Shown here piece after piece: positions 18,318-29,400 of a DNA stretch of 40,853 nt. The DNA comes from Meiothermus sp. Its GTDB lineage: Bacteria > Deinococcota > Deinococci > Deinococcales > Thermaceae. Below the pieces are notes generated by a model, which saw only the letters and a program-made list of their open reading frames with translations, did no database searches and had not been told where the DNA came from. The translations under genes were made by a program, and so were the position numbers. Location of the stretch: NCBI GenBank assembly GCA_033762915.1, contig JANRLD010000074.1, positions 1-40,853 on the forward strand, in the 5' to 3' direction. How positions within the stretch are numbered: the first letter of the stretch is position 1; the number at the start of each line of letters is the position of its first letter.

Positions 18318-18542
18318 ACCGTCTCAATGTAGCCAAAAACCGGCCGAAATGGCGACTACGGTTTGCGTTAACTCGAGTTCTGAGACGTGAACTGGGAGCG
18401 ATTTTTATTGCCAGGATCGAGCTTAACTAAAGTTACTGGTTCATAACGCGGGCCTTCGCCGTGGGCGCATAGGGGCCTCGAGGCCGCCTGTTGATTCACC
18501 GCTTATGCCCAAAGGTCAATCCCCGTTCCAGCTCCGCCTGCC

Positions 18543-20087
18543 CTAGGGGTTGGGGTTTTCAATTCTCGAGTTCTCGTCGCTGCCGATCCGGCGTCGCCAC
18601 TCCCCGATGTCGTTGCCCTGCCAGAAGCTTCCCCCCACCTCGAGGCGGAAGAAGGTGCCGCTCTGCCAGTAGGTGTTCTCGTCGAAGCGGTTGGCTCCTA
18701 GCTCGCTGCTGAGGTTGTTGCGAAACCAGACCGAGGTCCGGTTGGCGACCAGAGTGTTGCCCAGGATCTGATTGCCCGGAGACTCCACGCGCCTGTTCTC
18801 ATCGTAAGCCAGGCTGATGCCCGCGCCCTCGCTGCCGGTGATGGTGTTGTTGAGAATGCGGTTGCGCTGTGAGGCCAGAATCTCAATCCCGTCGCCATTG
18901 AACAAGAAGAACCGGGTGCCGCGAATGCGGTTGCGTTGTACGGTGATGTTTTGTGCGTTCAGCTCGAGCTTAACCCCGGCGATCAAATTGCGCTCGAATC
19001 TCGAGTCCTCCACCACATGGCTCTCGTTGGTCTCATCAAACCACAGCCCCGGCCCGTCGTTGTCGGCGGAGAAAAAGCGCCGGAAGACCAGGTTCTTGGA
19101 GCCGGTGAACTTGCCCCCGCCGCCCTCCCAGAATGGGTCGTAGAATTTCCAATTGTTGCCAATGCTCTGCACGTCCTCATAAACGCAGCCCTCGCAGTCG
19201 CCACCCCACCCCATTTGGCCGTTGTGGCGCGAAACCGAGCGGCGGATGGTGTTGTTCAGGCCGCTCACCCCGATCCCCACCGCGTTGGTCCACTCCACGG
19301 TCACGTTTTGTACCAGGCTATTGTCGCCCCAGATCTTCACCGCGCGGTCTTGGATGCGGCTGGTGGAGTGGCGGAAGGTCAGACCGATCAGGTTGAGATG
19401 GGCTACCCCGGCGTAGGCCTCGAGCAGCCGCTCGCGGGTCGATAGCTCCATCACCGACTGCGCGGGCGACTTTTCACTCATCACGTAAATGCGCTCGGGC
19501 CGCTCGTCGGTTCCCTGAACCCAGAAGCTGCCCAGCCGCAGGTCCTCACGGCGCGCCACCTGATCGAGCAGCCGACCATCCTGGATCACCTGCTCGCGCC
19601 TGGCCGCAAAACGGTACTCGTCGCTGGGGCGGTTGGGGCCGCTGGGGTAGCGAACCGGTAGGCTGAGCGTCCAGGGGGTCCACCATAGGCTGCCCTCGGC
19701 GCGCCAGTCGCTCACCACGTCCGCCCCCGAGACCGTCACCGCGTCGCCGGGGAAGGCTGCCAGGGTGAGGGGCCGGCCGGGGATTCCGCCCCGGCTCAGC
19801 TCGAGGCGTTCACGGTAGGTTCCGGCCCGGATCACCACCACATCACCGGGCTGAGCAACCGTAATGGCGTGGCGGATGCTGCGCCAGGGACGCTCCTGGG
19901 TGCCGGGGTTGGTGTCGCGGGAGGCCAGGTGGCCCTGGTCCACCCAAAGGTATCGCCCTCCGGCAGCGGGGCTGGGAAGCTCGGCAGCCGGGATATTGGG
20001 CGGGAGGACTGGCGGCTCGGTGCTGCCGACGGGCTCGTAAGCCATACAGCTGACCGCTACGACGAGGATGAGCGCGAAGTTTAGCAT
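18543..20087 (-). CDS. Right-handed parallel beta-helix protein (pectin lyase-like), probable lipoprotein
   Basis: ASRDTNPGTQERPWRSI..A...AQPGDVVVIRAGTYRE, Asn-rich beta-helix repeats, GGGKF, NDGPGLWFD. Start MLNFALILVVAVS-C at 20087. Confidence 0.8.
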   Translation of the reverse strand: MLNFALILVVAVSCMAYEPVGSTEPPVLPPNIPAAELPSPAAGGRYLWVDQGHLASRDTNPGTQERPWRSIRHAITVAQPGDVVVIRAGTYRERLELSRGGIPGRPLTLAAFPGDAVTVSGADVVSDWRAEGSLWWTPWTLSLPVRYPSGPNRPSDEYRFAARREQVIQDGRLLDQVARREDLRLGSFWVQGTDERPERIYVMSEKSPAQSVMELSTRERLLEAYAGVAHLNLIGLTFRHSTSRIQDRAVKIWGDNSLVQNVTVEWTNAVGIGVSGLNNTIRRSVSRHNGQMGWGGDCEGCVYEDVQSIGNNWKFYDPFWEGGGGKFTGSKNLVFRRFFSADNDGPGLWFDETNESHVVEDSRFERNLIAGVKLELNAQNITVQRNRIRGTRFFLFNGDGIEILASQRNRILNNTITGSEGAGISLAYDENRRVESPGNQILGNTLVANRTSVWFRNNLSSELGANRFDENTYWQSGTFFRLEVGGSFWQGNDIGEWRRRIGSDENSRIENPNP

Positions 20088-20191
20088 TTTGAGTACAGGG
20101 AACTGCCACGGCGAAATAAACCGCACACGCCATGTTAGCCCACTAACATAGGGGTCGGGTAGGACCCGGCCGCTAAGGGCGGCGTTACGCA

Positions 20192-21028
20192 ATGATTTCC
20201 CAACTGCCACCCCGTAACCTCTCCAGAGGCCGCCGCCTGCTCCAGTCGGCCTTCGAACGCTTTACTCCCCGTCCCGCCGGTCGGAGCGTGGTTCTTTGCT
20301 ACCATTCGGTGCGCCCACACTCCCTAACCAGTTACTCAACCCACACCGAGGTCTTCGAGCGGCACCTGGCCTGGCTGGCCGAGCACTGCGAGGTGGTGGA
20401 CTTCACCGAGGCGCTTCGTCCGGCGGGCCGTCGCCCGCGCGTCAGCATCACCTTTGACGACGGCTACCTGGACAATGTGCAGTTCGCCGTACCGCTCCTG
20501 GAGGCCTATGGGCTCGAGGCGACTTTTTTTGTCACGACCGGATTTATCGAACGCGACCCCACCGCCCTGGCCTGGGTGCAGCAGACCTACGGGATGAGCC
20601 TCGAGCAGATTCAGCCGCTGGACAAGGTGGCCCTGTCCGAGCTGTTTAGCGTGGGAATGCCGGTCGGGGCGCACGCCCACACCCACCGCCGCCTCAGAGA
20701 CTTGAGCGTGTCCGAGCAGCGCGACGAATTAGAGCGCAGCAAGGCCTTACTCGAGCAGCACCTGGGCGTCGAAATCCAGACCATGGCCTACCCCTTCGGC
20801 TTGCCCGCTGTGGCCTTCGACCGCCGAACCGTGGGGATCGCACGGGGGTTGGGCTACCGGCAGGTTGGTGCGGTGCAGTACCGGGGCGTCCGACCCTCCG
20901 ACGACCCCCTTCGCATCCCCCGATTCGTGTTGACCAACGAGACCGAGCGCGAACTCGAGGCCATCGTATACGGCGGGCTGGACTTGATGGGAATGCAGTA
21001 CGACCTGCGCTACGCGCTAAGCCGGTGA
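20192..21028 (+). CDS. Polysaccharide deacetylase (CE4/NodB)
   Basis: VLCYHSV, ITFDDGY, GAHAHTH, MAYPFG, IPRF. Confidence 0.9.
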   Translation: MISQLPPRNLSRGRRLLQSAFERFTPRPAGRSVVLCYHSVRPHSLTSYSTHTEVFERHLAWLAEHCEVVDFTEALRPAGRRPRVSITFDDGYLDNVQFAVPLLEAYGLEATFFVTTGFIERDPTALAWVQQTYGMSLEQIQPLDKVALSELFSVGMPVGAHAHTHRRLRDLSVSEQRDELERSKALLEQHLGVEIQTMAYPFGLPAVAFDRRTVGIARGLGYRQVGAVQYRGVRPSDDPLRIPRFVLTNETERELEAIVYGGLDLMGMQYDLRYALSR

Positions 21029-22188
21029 CCATGTTTAAGCCGAGAGTCCTGATCGTCCACACCTTTTATACCCAGCCCGGCGGAGAGGACCAGGTCTTTG
21101 CCGCCGAAAAGGCACTGCTCGAGGCCGCCGGCTGCGAAGTCCTGACCTTCACAGCCCATAACGAGGAACTGGAGGGCCTGGGGCGGCTGGGACAGCTCGA
21201 GGCTACCCTCTGGAACCGCGCCTACTATAAAAAGATTACCGAGTTGATCCGGCAGCACCGCCCGCAGGTGGTCCACGTCCACAACACCTTTCCGCTAATG
21301 TCGCCCGCCATACTTCACGCCGTAAAGGCCGAGGGAGTCCCGCTGGTGATGACCCTGCACAACTTTCGCCTGTTCTGCGCCAGCTACAACTTCTACCGCG
21401 CCGGCAGGCCCTGCACCGACTGCTTGAAGGAGTGGTTCCCCCTCTCGGCGATAAAGCACAGTTGTTACCGAGAGAGCAGGGCCGCCTCGAGCGTGGTGGC
21501 CGCAATGATCGGGCTGCATAGGCTGCTGGGCAGTTGGAGCACAAAGGTGGACCGTTTCATCGCCCTAACCGATTTTGGCAGGGACACCCTACAAGAAGGC
21601 GGGCTTCCGAAGAACAAACTTGTGGTCAAGCCCAACTTCGTCCCGGACCCTGGTGTGGGCGTAGGCGGGGGTGGTTACGCGCTTTTTGTTGGTCGTCTCG
21701 CACCGGAAAAGGGTGTGGGACTGATGCTAGAGGCGTGGAAAACCGTTCCCTACCCCCTTAAGGTGGTGGGCGACGGCCCCGAGGCTGAGGCAGTGCGCGG
21801 TGCGGGGCTGGAGCAGCTGGAGTTTCTTGGGCGTCAGCCTCGAGAGCGGGTACTGGAGCTGATGAAAGTGGCCGAGTTCCTGGTCTTCCCCTCGCAGTGG
21901 TTCGAGGGCTTTCCCATGACCATCGTGGAGGCCTACGCCGTCGGACTGCCGATAGTGGCCACCGATCTGGGTTCGATGGCCTCGCTGATCAAACCCGGCC
22001 GCACCGGGCTACACTTTGCCCCAGGCAATCCTGCCGACCTTTCCAAACAGGCCAGGTCGATGTTCGAGAGTCCTGAACTTAGGGCCGAAATGCGGGCCGC
22101 AGCAAGGCTCGAGTACGAGCAGAACTACACGGCCGAAAAGAACCTCGAGCAGCTGTTGGGGGTTTATCGAAACGTCATCGGGAGTTAG
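21025..22188 (+). CDS. GT4 glycosyltransferase
   Basis: YTQPGGED, VHVHNTFPLMSP, TLHNFRL.C, FVGRLAPEKG, FEGFPMTIVEAYA. Confidence 0.92.
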   Translation: MTMFKPRVLIVHTFYTQPGGEDQVFAAEKALLEAAGCEVLTFTAHNEELEGLGRLGQLEATLWNRAYYKKITELIRQHRPQVVHVHNTFPLMSPAILHAVKAEGVPLVMTLHNFRLFCASYNFYRAGRPCTDCLKEWFPLSAIKHSCYRESRAASSVVAAMIGLHRLLGSWSTKVDRFIALTDFGRDTLQEGGLPKNKLVVKPNFVPDPGVGVGGGGYALFVGRLAPEKGVGLMLEAWKTVPYPLKVVGDGPEAEAVRGAGLEQLEFLGRQPRERVLELMKVAEFLVFPSQWFEGFPMTIVEAYAVGLPIVATDLGSMASLIKPGRTGLHFAPGNPADLSKQARSMFESPELRAEMRAAARLEYEQNYTAEKNLEQLLGVYRNVIGS

Positions 22189-22269
22189 GAAGCCGCTTCC
22201 ACGACCGGCCCAAAGCCACACTTCCAAGCTGGGCTGTTTAGCCTGCTGGGTGAACCACGGTAGGATGGT

Positions 22270-23316
22270 GTGTTCGGAAGTGAAAACATGGACCCCAGCC
22301 TGCTCGAGTCCCTACGTGCCCTGACCGCTCAGCCGGTGGCCCTGGAAAAATTGAAGTCGGTGGTCTCCGAGCACCATGTCAGCAGACCACTGGTCGCGGC
22401 AGATCTACTCGAGTTGACGGAATCTATAGCTATCTCCGGCGTACACCCCCGCCTCCTTTTGTATCATCTGAGGTCGGCCTGTGGGCTCGAGCCGGTTCCG
22501 GGCTCGGACAGGGTGGTGGAATGGCTACGTGAGTACCCCGGCGAAATCGGTCAGGTAATGGGATTCGACCTCCGGACCTGCCGGCTGGTTTATTCCGATT
22601 GGAGCGTTACCGCCCCAGAGTTCATACCTCCCCAGCAGTACGACGACCCGCACGGCTTTACCGAGCGCATCTGGAAGGGAATCCGAGCCTCAGGGGCGGT
22701 GGCGGCCATAGGAGGCTACAACCACATCCGCCCTGCCTACGGCGGCGGCCTGTTCGCCGCTGACGGCGGCGCACGCACCTTGCACTTGGGCCTGGATGTG
22801 TTTGCCGAGCCCGGAAGCCCGGTCTTTGCCCCGCTGGACGGGGTGGTTCACAGCGTGGCCGACAACGCCGCCCCGTTCGACTACGGCCCATGCCTGGTAC
22901 TCGAGCACCGCCCGCGGGCCGAGATGCCGTGTTTTTATACCCTGTACGGCCATCTCGCTGCGGAAGTGCTCGAGCTTCAGCCCGGCCAGCCCATCCGAAA
23001 GGGGACGCAAGTTGCCCAGCTCGGCAACTTCCCCGAAAACGGGAACTGGCCCCCGCACCTGCACGTACAGCTTGTGTTGGACATGCTGGATAAGCGCGGC
23101 GACTTCTGGGGAAGTTGTCACCCCGCCCATTTCGAAGTCTGGCTCAGCCTCTGTCCCGACGCCAACCTGACCGCGCAAGTCCCTGTCCACTTGTTCCCGG
23201 TGGTGCCTCCCGAGCAGCGCTGCTGCCCCGAATCGGCGGGACGAGCGGTAGCTCGAGGCCCAGACGGGACCGTTTTTGACGCTTGCGGTCAGCGCTTAGA
23301 ACGCAGTCAGCGATAG
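22270..23316 (+). CDS. M23 family metallopeptidase domain protein
   Basis: RTLHLGLDVF (HxxxD), DYGP, YTLYGHL, ENGNWPPHLH (HxH). Start may be ATG 22288. Confidence 0.82.
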   Translation: MFGSENMDPSLLESLRALTAQPVALEKLKSVVSEHHVSRPLVAADLLELTESIAISGVHPRLLLYHLRSACGLEPVPGSDRVVEWLREYPGEIGQVMGFDLRTCRLVYSDWSVTAPEFIPPQQYDDPHGFTERIWKGIRASGAVAAIGGYNHIRPAYGGGLFAADGGARTLHLGLDVFAEPGSPVFAPLDGVVHSVADNAAPFDYGPCLVLEHRPRAEMPCFYTLYGHLAAEVLELQPGQPIRKGTQVAQLGNFPENGNWPPHLHVQLVLDMLDKRGDFWGSCHPAHFEVWLSLCPDANLTAQVPVHLFPVVPPEQRCCPESAGRAVARGPDGTVFDACGQRLERSQR

Positions 23317-23434
23317 GATAAAGCCTGCTTGCTCGAGTCTAAACGCTTGGCAGAAATGGTGGCCGTGTCCGAGGTCCAAGGGCCCTGACTTCGAAGCCTC
23401 CGGTGCCTTGGTGAGTCCAGGTCTAACCAACGTC

Positions 23435-23461
23435 AAAAACCCCCTTCTGAGTTGAAGGGGG
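23435..23461 (-). terminator. Rho-independent terminator for icd
   Basis: Minus strand CCCCCTTC-6 nt-GAAGGGGG followed by TTTTT, about 100 bp after the icd stop. Confidence 0.65.
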
Positions 23462-23561
23462 GCGGTAGTTGGGGGAGTTGATCTAAGCCAGGTGCCTTGA
23501 CTCCATCAAGTTCCGGGCCGGACCCATGCCCATTACTCTAGGTGTATCAGGCTCGAGCTCC

Positions 23562-24836
23562 TTACATGTTGGCGATAAGAGCCTGCCCAAACTCACTGCA
23601 CTTGAGCAGCCGGGCCTCGCGGCCTTCGGCCACCATCAGGCGGTGGAAATCGTAGGTCACGTCGCCCTTGGAAATGGTTTTGGAGATGGATGAAAGGATA
23701 AGGTCGGCGGCTTCCGCCCAGCCCATGTAGCGGAGCATCATCTCGCCCGAGAGGATCACGCTGCTGGGGTTGACCTGGTCCTTGCCGGCGTACTTGGGGG
23801 CGGTGCCGTGGGTAGCCTCGAATACCGCATGGCCGGTGTAGTAATTGACGTTGGAGCCGGGTGCGATCCCGATTCCACCGACCTGTGCGGCCAGCGCGTC
23901 GGAGAGGTAGTCGCCGTTGAGGTTCAGGGTCGCCACCACGCTGTACTCGGCGGGGCGCAGCAGAATCTGCTGAAGGAAATTGTCGGCGATCATGTCCTTG
24001 ACCACGATCTGCTTGCCGGTGTGCGGGTTGGTCATGGTCTGCCAGGGGCCGCCGTCGAGGTCGGTCGCGCCGTACTTCTCCTTGGCGAGTTGGTAACCCC
24101 AGTCGCGGAAGGCCCCCTCGGTAAACTTCATGATGTTGCCCTTGTGGACCAGTGTGACCGAGGGCAGGTCGTTGGCAATCGCGTAGTCGAAGGCGGCCTC
24201 CACCAGGCGATAGGTGCCCTCTTTGGAGACCGGCTTGACCCCGATGCCCGCCGTTGCGGGAAAGCGAATCTTGCTGAAGGGCTTGGGAAAGGCTGTCTGG
24301 AACCACTCGAGGAACTGCTTCACTTCGGGCGTTCCCTCGGCGAACTCGATGCCCGCGTAAATGTCCTCGGTGTTCTCGCGGAAGATGGTCATGTTGACCA
24401 GGTCAGGCCGGCGCACCGGGCTGGGCACGCCATCGAACCACTGCACTGGGCGCACGCAGGCGTACAGGTCTAGCTCTTGCCGCAATGCCACGTTAATCGA
24501 TCGAATCCCGCCCCCGACGGGCGTGGTCAGGGGGCCCTTAATCGCCACCCGGTACTCGCGGATGAAGTCCAGGGTTTCCTTGGGCAGCCACACTACCTCG
24601 CCATAGACCTCGTTGGCTTTGTCGCCGGCATAAATCTCGGCCCAAGCGATCTTGCGCTTGCCGGAATAGGCCTTCTCCACCGCCGCGTCGAGCACTGGTC
24701 GGGAGGCCCTCCAGATGTCTGGGCCGGTACCGTCGCCCTCAATAAAGCCCACGATGGGCTGGTCGGGGACCTGTAGTTTGCCGTCTTTGATGAATATCTT
24801 TTCGCCCGAAGGCACCTGGATTTTCTGGTAGGCCAT
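23562..24836 (-). CDS. icd: Isocitrate dehydrogenase (NADP, dimeric type)
   Basis: [70 protein letters not shown]. Confidence 0.97.
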   Translation of the reverse strand: MAYQKIQVPSGEKIFIKDGKLQVPDQPIVGFIEGDGTGPDIWRASRPVLDAAVEKAYSGKRKIAWAEIYAGDKANEVYGEVVWLPKETLDFIREYRVAIKGPLTTPVGGGIRSINVALRQELDLYACVRPVQWFDGVPSPVRRPDLVNMTIFRENTEDIYAGIEFAEGTPEVKQFLEWFQTAFPKPFSKIRFPATAGIGVKPVSKEGTYRLVEAAFDYAIANDLPSVTLVHKGNIMKFTEGAFRDWGYQLAKEKYGATDLDGGPWQTMTNPHTGKQIVVKDMIADNFLQQILLRPAEYSVVATLNLNGDYLSDALAAQVGGIGIAPGSNVNYYTGHAVFEATHGTAPKYAGKDQVNPSSVILSGEMMLRYMGWAEAADLILSSISKTISKGDVTYDFHRLMVAEGREARLLKCSEFGQALIANM

Positions 24837-24882
24837 AGCTGTACGAATATAACACTGCTATTGGGGTCTGGTATACCGAAAA

Positions 24883-25497
24883 TTACCTTGATTCGGGGTC
24901 ACCCGACTCCCCCAACGGGGTCGAGGGGCCATCCTTCCAGCGGGGGGAGCGCGGGTACTCGAGGCCGAACAGGTCGAGGATGCGCTGGGTCATAAAGCCC
25001 AACAGGTCGGAGATCTCGCGGGGACGGTGATAGAAGCCGGGGGCGGCGGGGAGGATGGTGGCTCCGGCCTGGGCAGCCTTGAGCATGGCCTCGAGGCTGG
25101 GTATGGGCAGCGGAGCCTCGCGAGGCACCAGCACCAGCGGTCTGCGCTCCTTAAGCGTGACGTAGGCGGCCCTGACCAGGAGGTTGTCGGACAGACCGTA
25201 GGCCACCTTGCTGAGGGTGGTGGCAGTGCAGGGGACGATCACCATTCCAATAGTGCGGAAACTGCCCGAGGCGATAGAGGCCCCGAGGTCGGTGCCGCGG
25301 TGAATCACGTGGGCCAGGGCTTCGGTCTCCTCCAGGGAGACCCCTGCCTCCTCGATCAACACCCGCTTGGCCCCCTGACTCAACACCAGATGAGTTTCAA
25401 CTCCCTCGATCTCGCGCAGGGTTTTTAGCAGGTCCAGCGCGTAGGGCATGCCTGAGGCCCCAGAGAGCCCCACGACGAGACGTTTTGGCGTACTCAC
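24883..25497 (-). CDS. ubiX: Flavin prenyltransferase UbiX
   Basis: VVGLSGASG, ASIASGSF, LKERRPLVLVPREAP, PGFYHRP. GTG 25497 lies 7 nt after TACACT (leaderless). Confidence 0.93.
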   Translation of the reverse strand: MSTPKRLVVGLSGASGMPYALDLLKTLREIEGVETHLVLSQGAKRVLIEEAGVSLEETEALAHVIHRGTDLGASIASGSFRTIGMVIVPCTATTLSKVAYGLSDNLLVRAAYVTLKERRPLVLVPREAPLPIPSLEAMLKAAQAGATILPAAPGFYHRPREISDLLGFMTQRILDLFGLEYPRSPRWKDGPSTPLGESGDPESR

Positions 25498-25525
25498 GGC
25501 TCTGAGTGTAAGGCCTCGAGGGGGT

Positions 25526-25550
25526 AGGGAACAGGGAACAAGGAACAAGG
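25526..25550. repeat. Short heptamer tandem repeat
   Basis: AGGGAAC AGGGAAC AAGGAAC AAGG directly upstream of the ubiX -10 box. Confidence 0.5.
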
Positions 25551-25870
25551 TTAGGGGAGATGAGGCGGTTGGGCGGGAAAGGGGTGATCGGGGGCGTCTT
25601 ACTGTGGCTCTCGACCAAAGACCACGAAAGCAGCCTACTTGCGCTTCTAACCCGTCGTGCAGGTCAGTGGACTCTCAGACACTGGGAACGAAACACTTGC
25701 TGGGACCCGAATTGAAGGGCTGGGGCGCTGGGAAAGTTCGTTCAGTCGGCCAGACGGGCGTCGAAGTGGGGCTAACCGAAGACCACAGAGCGGCCCACTA
25801 CCAGGACATTGAAGCGCCAGTCGATGCTCCCTCTATCCCGGCTCCCCCTTCCCGCCGTATACTTCAGTTT

Positions 25871-26320
25871 GTGACCGCCGAGCCCCGCCGCAATCAAGGC
25901 CTTGAGGACAGCCCCGACTACTTTTGGGAGCGCTTCTCGGCTTATGCCGGACGTCTGGCTATCGGGCCAGAACCGACCGGCAGTCCGATGCTCGAGCTGA
26001 TCACTCCCTTCGGCCCGCTGTACACCTTCGACCGGGGACTGGTGCCGGTAAGCGGAGGGTCGGCTGAAGTGCTATTGCACGGTCAGGTGGAGCAGTGGAG
26101 TCAGGCCGAAGGAGAGCCTAGGGTGCAGTACATCGGCCAGGGCCGTTACGAGCTCAGCGGCCAGGTCGAAGAGCTGCCTGGGGGGACTTTTTTCGTTCTC
26201 CGGGTGGACGAGGGCCCCGCCAGCCTCAGGTTTCTGCTTTCCTCTTCAAATCCCCCCACGCGCGGGGCTCAGGTCACCGCGCGGCTTGCGCCTCCGCTGA
26301 TGTCCTTTCGAGCGCCCTGA
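25871..26320 (+). CDS. Hypothetical protein, 149 aa, predicted beta-rich
   Basis: The C-terminal half of ORF 25448..26320 looks coding. GTG 25871 lies 7 nt after TATACT; the upstream part overlaps ubiX and intergenic DNA. Confidence 0.7.
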   Translation: MTAEPRRNQGLEDSPDYFWERFSAYAGRLAIGPEPTGSPMLELITPFGPLYTFDRGLVPVSGGSAEVLLHGQVEQWSQAEGEPRVQYIGQGRYELSGQVEELPGGTFFVLRVDEGPASLRFLLSSSNPPTRGAQVTARLAPPLMSFRAP

Positions 26321-26431
26321 GATGAAGCCCGGATAAACCCGTTTTTATGCCCGGCTAATCCGGCAAAAACACGCCTTTCGTGCCGTATACTGGCAGGGTC
26401 TTGGGCAGAAGATTGAAATGGTCTGAACCGC

Positions 26432-29400
26432 ATGGTGTGCCCCAAATGTCGCTATACCAACGCGCCCGACGAAGAGAACTGCGTGCGCTGCGGTACCCCG
26501 TTGATGCCCGGAGGCAGCTTCGTGCAGGAGCGGCGCTGGGTCAGCGCGGTCTTTTTCGACCTCTCACGCTTCACCGAGTATGCCCTCGCCCATCCGCTCG
26601 AGGATACCTGGCAGGCCGTCAACACCGCTTTGCAGTCGGCCTCTAATCACGTCCGGGCCTTCGGCGGGCACATCGACAAGTTTTTCGGCGACGGCTTTCT
26701 GGCGGTTTTCGGGGTACCGCGCAGCCAGGAGTCGGACGCCCGGGCGGCCCTCGAGGCGGCCCGGCTGATGGTCGGCTCGAGTCCGCTGCCCAGCCGTGCC
26801 GGGGTGGCCAGCGGCCTGGTGCTGCGGACCCCCCTTGGCGGTGGGTTAGCAGGAGACCAGACCGTTCTCGGGCCTGCCATCAACCTATCCCAACGCCTCT
26901 CAGGGGCGGCCCCTCCGGGGGTGGTCTGGACCGACAACGTGACTGTTCGGCTGTTGCCCACTGGGCGCTTCGAGGCCCTGCCCGCCCAGCCGCTCAAGGG
27001 TTACGCCGAGCCGCTGATCCCCTTTCGCTACGAGGGGCTGCGGTCGGGGCCACTGGAGGTGGTGGGGCGGGAAGCTGAACTCGAGGTGTTGCGTCTAGCC
27101 CTGGCTGCGGCGGTCCGGGGCGAGGGTCGGCGGGTGGTGCTGCACGGTGCGATGGGGGTCGGCAAGAGCTACCTCGCCCAGCACTTCGTGGCCACCCTTC
27201 CCGCTGGGGCGCGCGGTCTAGTTGCGCCCCGGCTGACCACCGGGGTGGCGCTGCGCTACGCCCTGCGGCAGGGCCTGCAAGACCTCCTGCCCGAGGGTCT
27301 AGCGCGGCTGCGCGGCCTCGAACTGCCCGACCCCCTGCGCGAAGTCCTTAACTTCAGCATCGGGATCGACGAGAACCCCGGAATGTCCACCGACGAGCTG
27401 AATTCCCTCCTGGTAGAGACCTGGTGGCAGGTGTTGGCTCGGCTGGGGAGGGAGGCCCCGCTGGTGGTGGTCCTCGAGGACTTGCACAATGCCGACCCCA
27501 CGGTGCTAGAGTTCACCCGCCGGAAGGCCCCCGATGGGGTGGTGCTGGTGCTAGTGGCAAGGCAAAATCGCTGGGGCCAGGAGGGCGACCTGGTGCCGCT
27601 GCTGCTCCAGCCGCTGCCGCTCGAGCAGACCCAACGTCTGATTCTCCAGGTTCGCCCCGATCTTGGCCCCGCTACCAGCCTTCACCTGTCTGAGGCCAGC
27701 GGCGGTTTTCCCTTGGCCGTACAGGCACTGGGGCTGACCGCCAGCGGCGAGCCCGAGCCGATCCCGCTGTATCAGCCGCGCCTGGACACCTTGCCACGGC
27801 TGGCCCGCATCGCGCTTCAGGCTGCCGCCGTGCTGGGTCCCTCCTCTCCGCCCGAACTGGTGCGCCATTTGATCGGGCAGGAGGCCGACCTGGCCCGCCT
27901 GGTTGGTGACGGCTTCCTCGAGGCCGACGAGCAGGGGATGCTGCGCTTTGTGATTCCCTGGCTGCGCGAGGCCACGCTGGGGCAGGTCGCGGGGCAGCAA
28001 GTTCAGCAGTGGCACCTTCAGGCGGCCCGTTGGTATCAGCGGCAGGAGCGACTCGCCGAGGCGGCGGTGCACCTCGAGGCTGCAGGAGAAATGGCCAGCG
28101 CCTACCGCATGTGGCGGGTGATCGCCCAGCAGCTGTGGAACGAGGAGCGCTTTGCCGAGGCGGTCGGCGGTTACCTCGAGGCACTGCGGCTGGCCGAGGG
28201 TAACGTGCGGCACAGCGCGGCCCTCGAGGCCGCCGAGGCCCACCTGATGCTGGGGCGTTATCAGGAGGCCCTCGACCTGGCCAGCTTGCCCCTGGAGAGC
28301 ACAGATTTGCCCGCCGGGCTCTCGCAGAGGGTGTGGGCAGTACGGCTGGAGGCCGCACTCGAGCTGGGGGTGAGCGAACTGGGCGATTTGCCAGAGGGAC
28401 TGGAGCCGACCGAGCCCCGCCTCCGGCTGGCCCTGGCCCAAAAGGTATCGGGCACAGAGGCCCGAGTGCTGCTGTCCAACATGCCCCCCAACCTCGAGGG
28501 CGCGGCCCTGCTGGTGCGGGCGATTGGCCTCCTGAACATGGGCAACGCGGCCCAGGCTCAGGCCCTCAGCCAGCTCTATCTCGACGAACACTTCGGCAAC
28601 CCGGCCCTACGTTTTAAGGCCCAGATGCTGGCCGCCGACAGCCTGTGGCGACAGTTCAAGCTGCACGATGCCCTCCAGACCCTTGCCGAGCGCCCTGGCC
28701 CCTCTCTTCCCTCTGCCCACACCGCGGACTTTGAGGCGGCGCTGGCCCGTCTGCGCCTCGAGCTCGGCGAATACCCCGAGGCCAAGGCCCGCCTGGGTGC
28801 GGCCCTTGAGCAGGTCGCTGACGCGCCCCCGCCAGTCAAGGAGAGGGTCGGAGTGGTTTACCTGCGGTACTTGATCGAGGTCGGCGAGATACCCGAAGCC
28901 ATACGCTTTGGGGAGTCGCTGGTGGCTCTGGCCCCCACCCCGCGCCTACTGGCCCACCTGGCCCTGGCCTACGCGCTGAGTCCCGGCGACCTCAGCCGCC
29001 AGATGCTCGCACGCCTACTGCGTGGCCTCGAGGACAATCCCGACCTCGAGATCCGGGCCCTCTGCGAGCTTGCCAGCGGCATCGGTCTGCTCGAGAACCC
29101 GCTCGAGGCCGCACCCCACCTGCGAGAGGCCCAGCGCTTGGCCCGGCAAGCCCAGCACCCCAGCTTCTTCTTCTATAGCCTTTTATTGCTGGGCCTCTCG
29201 CAGCAAGGCCGCAACCCCAAGAAGGCCCTGGCCGCTGCCCAGTACCTGCTCTCCCAGACCGCCGGTCGTGGCTTCAAGGTGCAAAACGCCCTGGCCAGGC
29301 TGCTGCGGGCCCACTTGCTGATGGACGAGGGTCGCGACCCCCTAACACTGCTGGAGTTCGAGACCGCCATGCCGTTTGCACGGTACTGGCGCCTGCGCCT

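Noticed and set aside
23353..23362. GAAATGGTGG match to the dispersed element
   Set aside because: Only 10 nt with no flanking similarity; compatible with chance.
24883..25497. ubiX without an adjacent ubiD as a novel system
   Set aside because: Unlinked ubiX is common; the partner decarboxylase is probably elsewhere in the genome.
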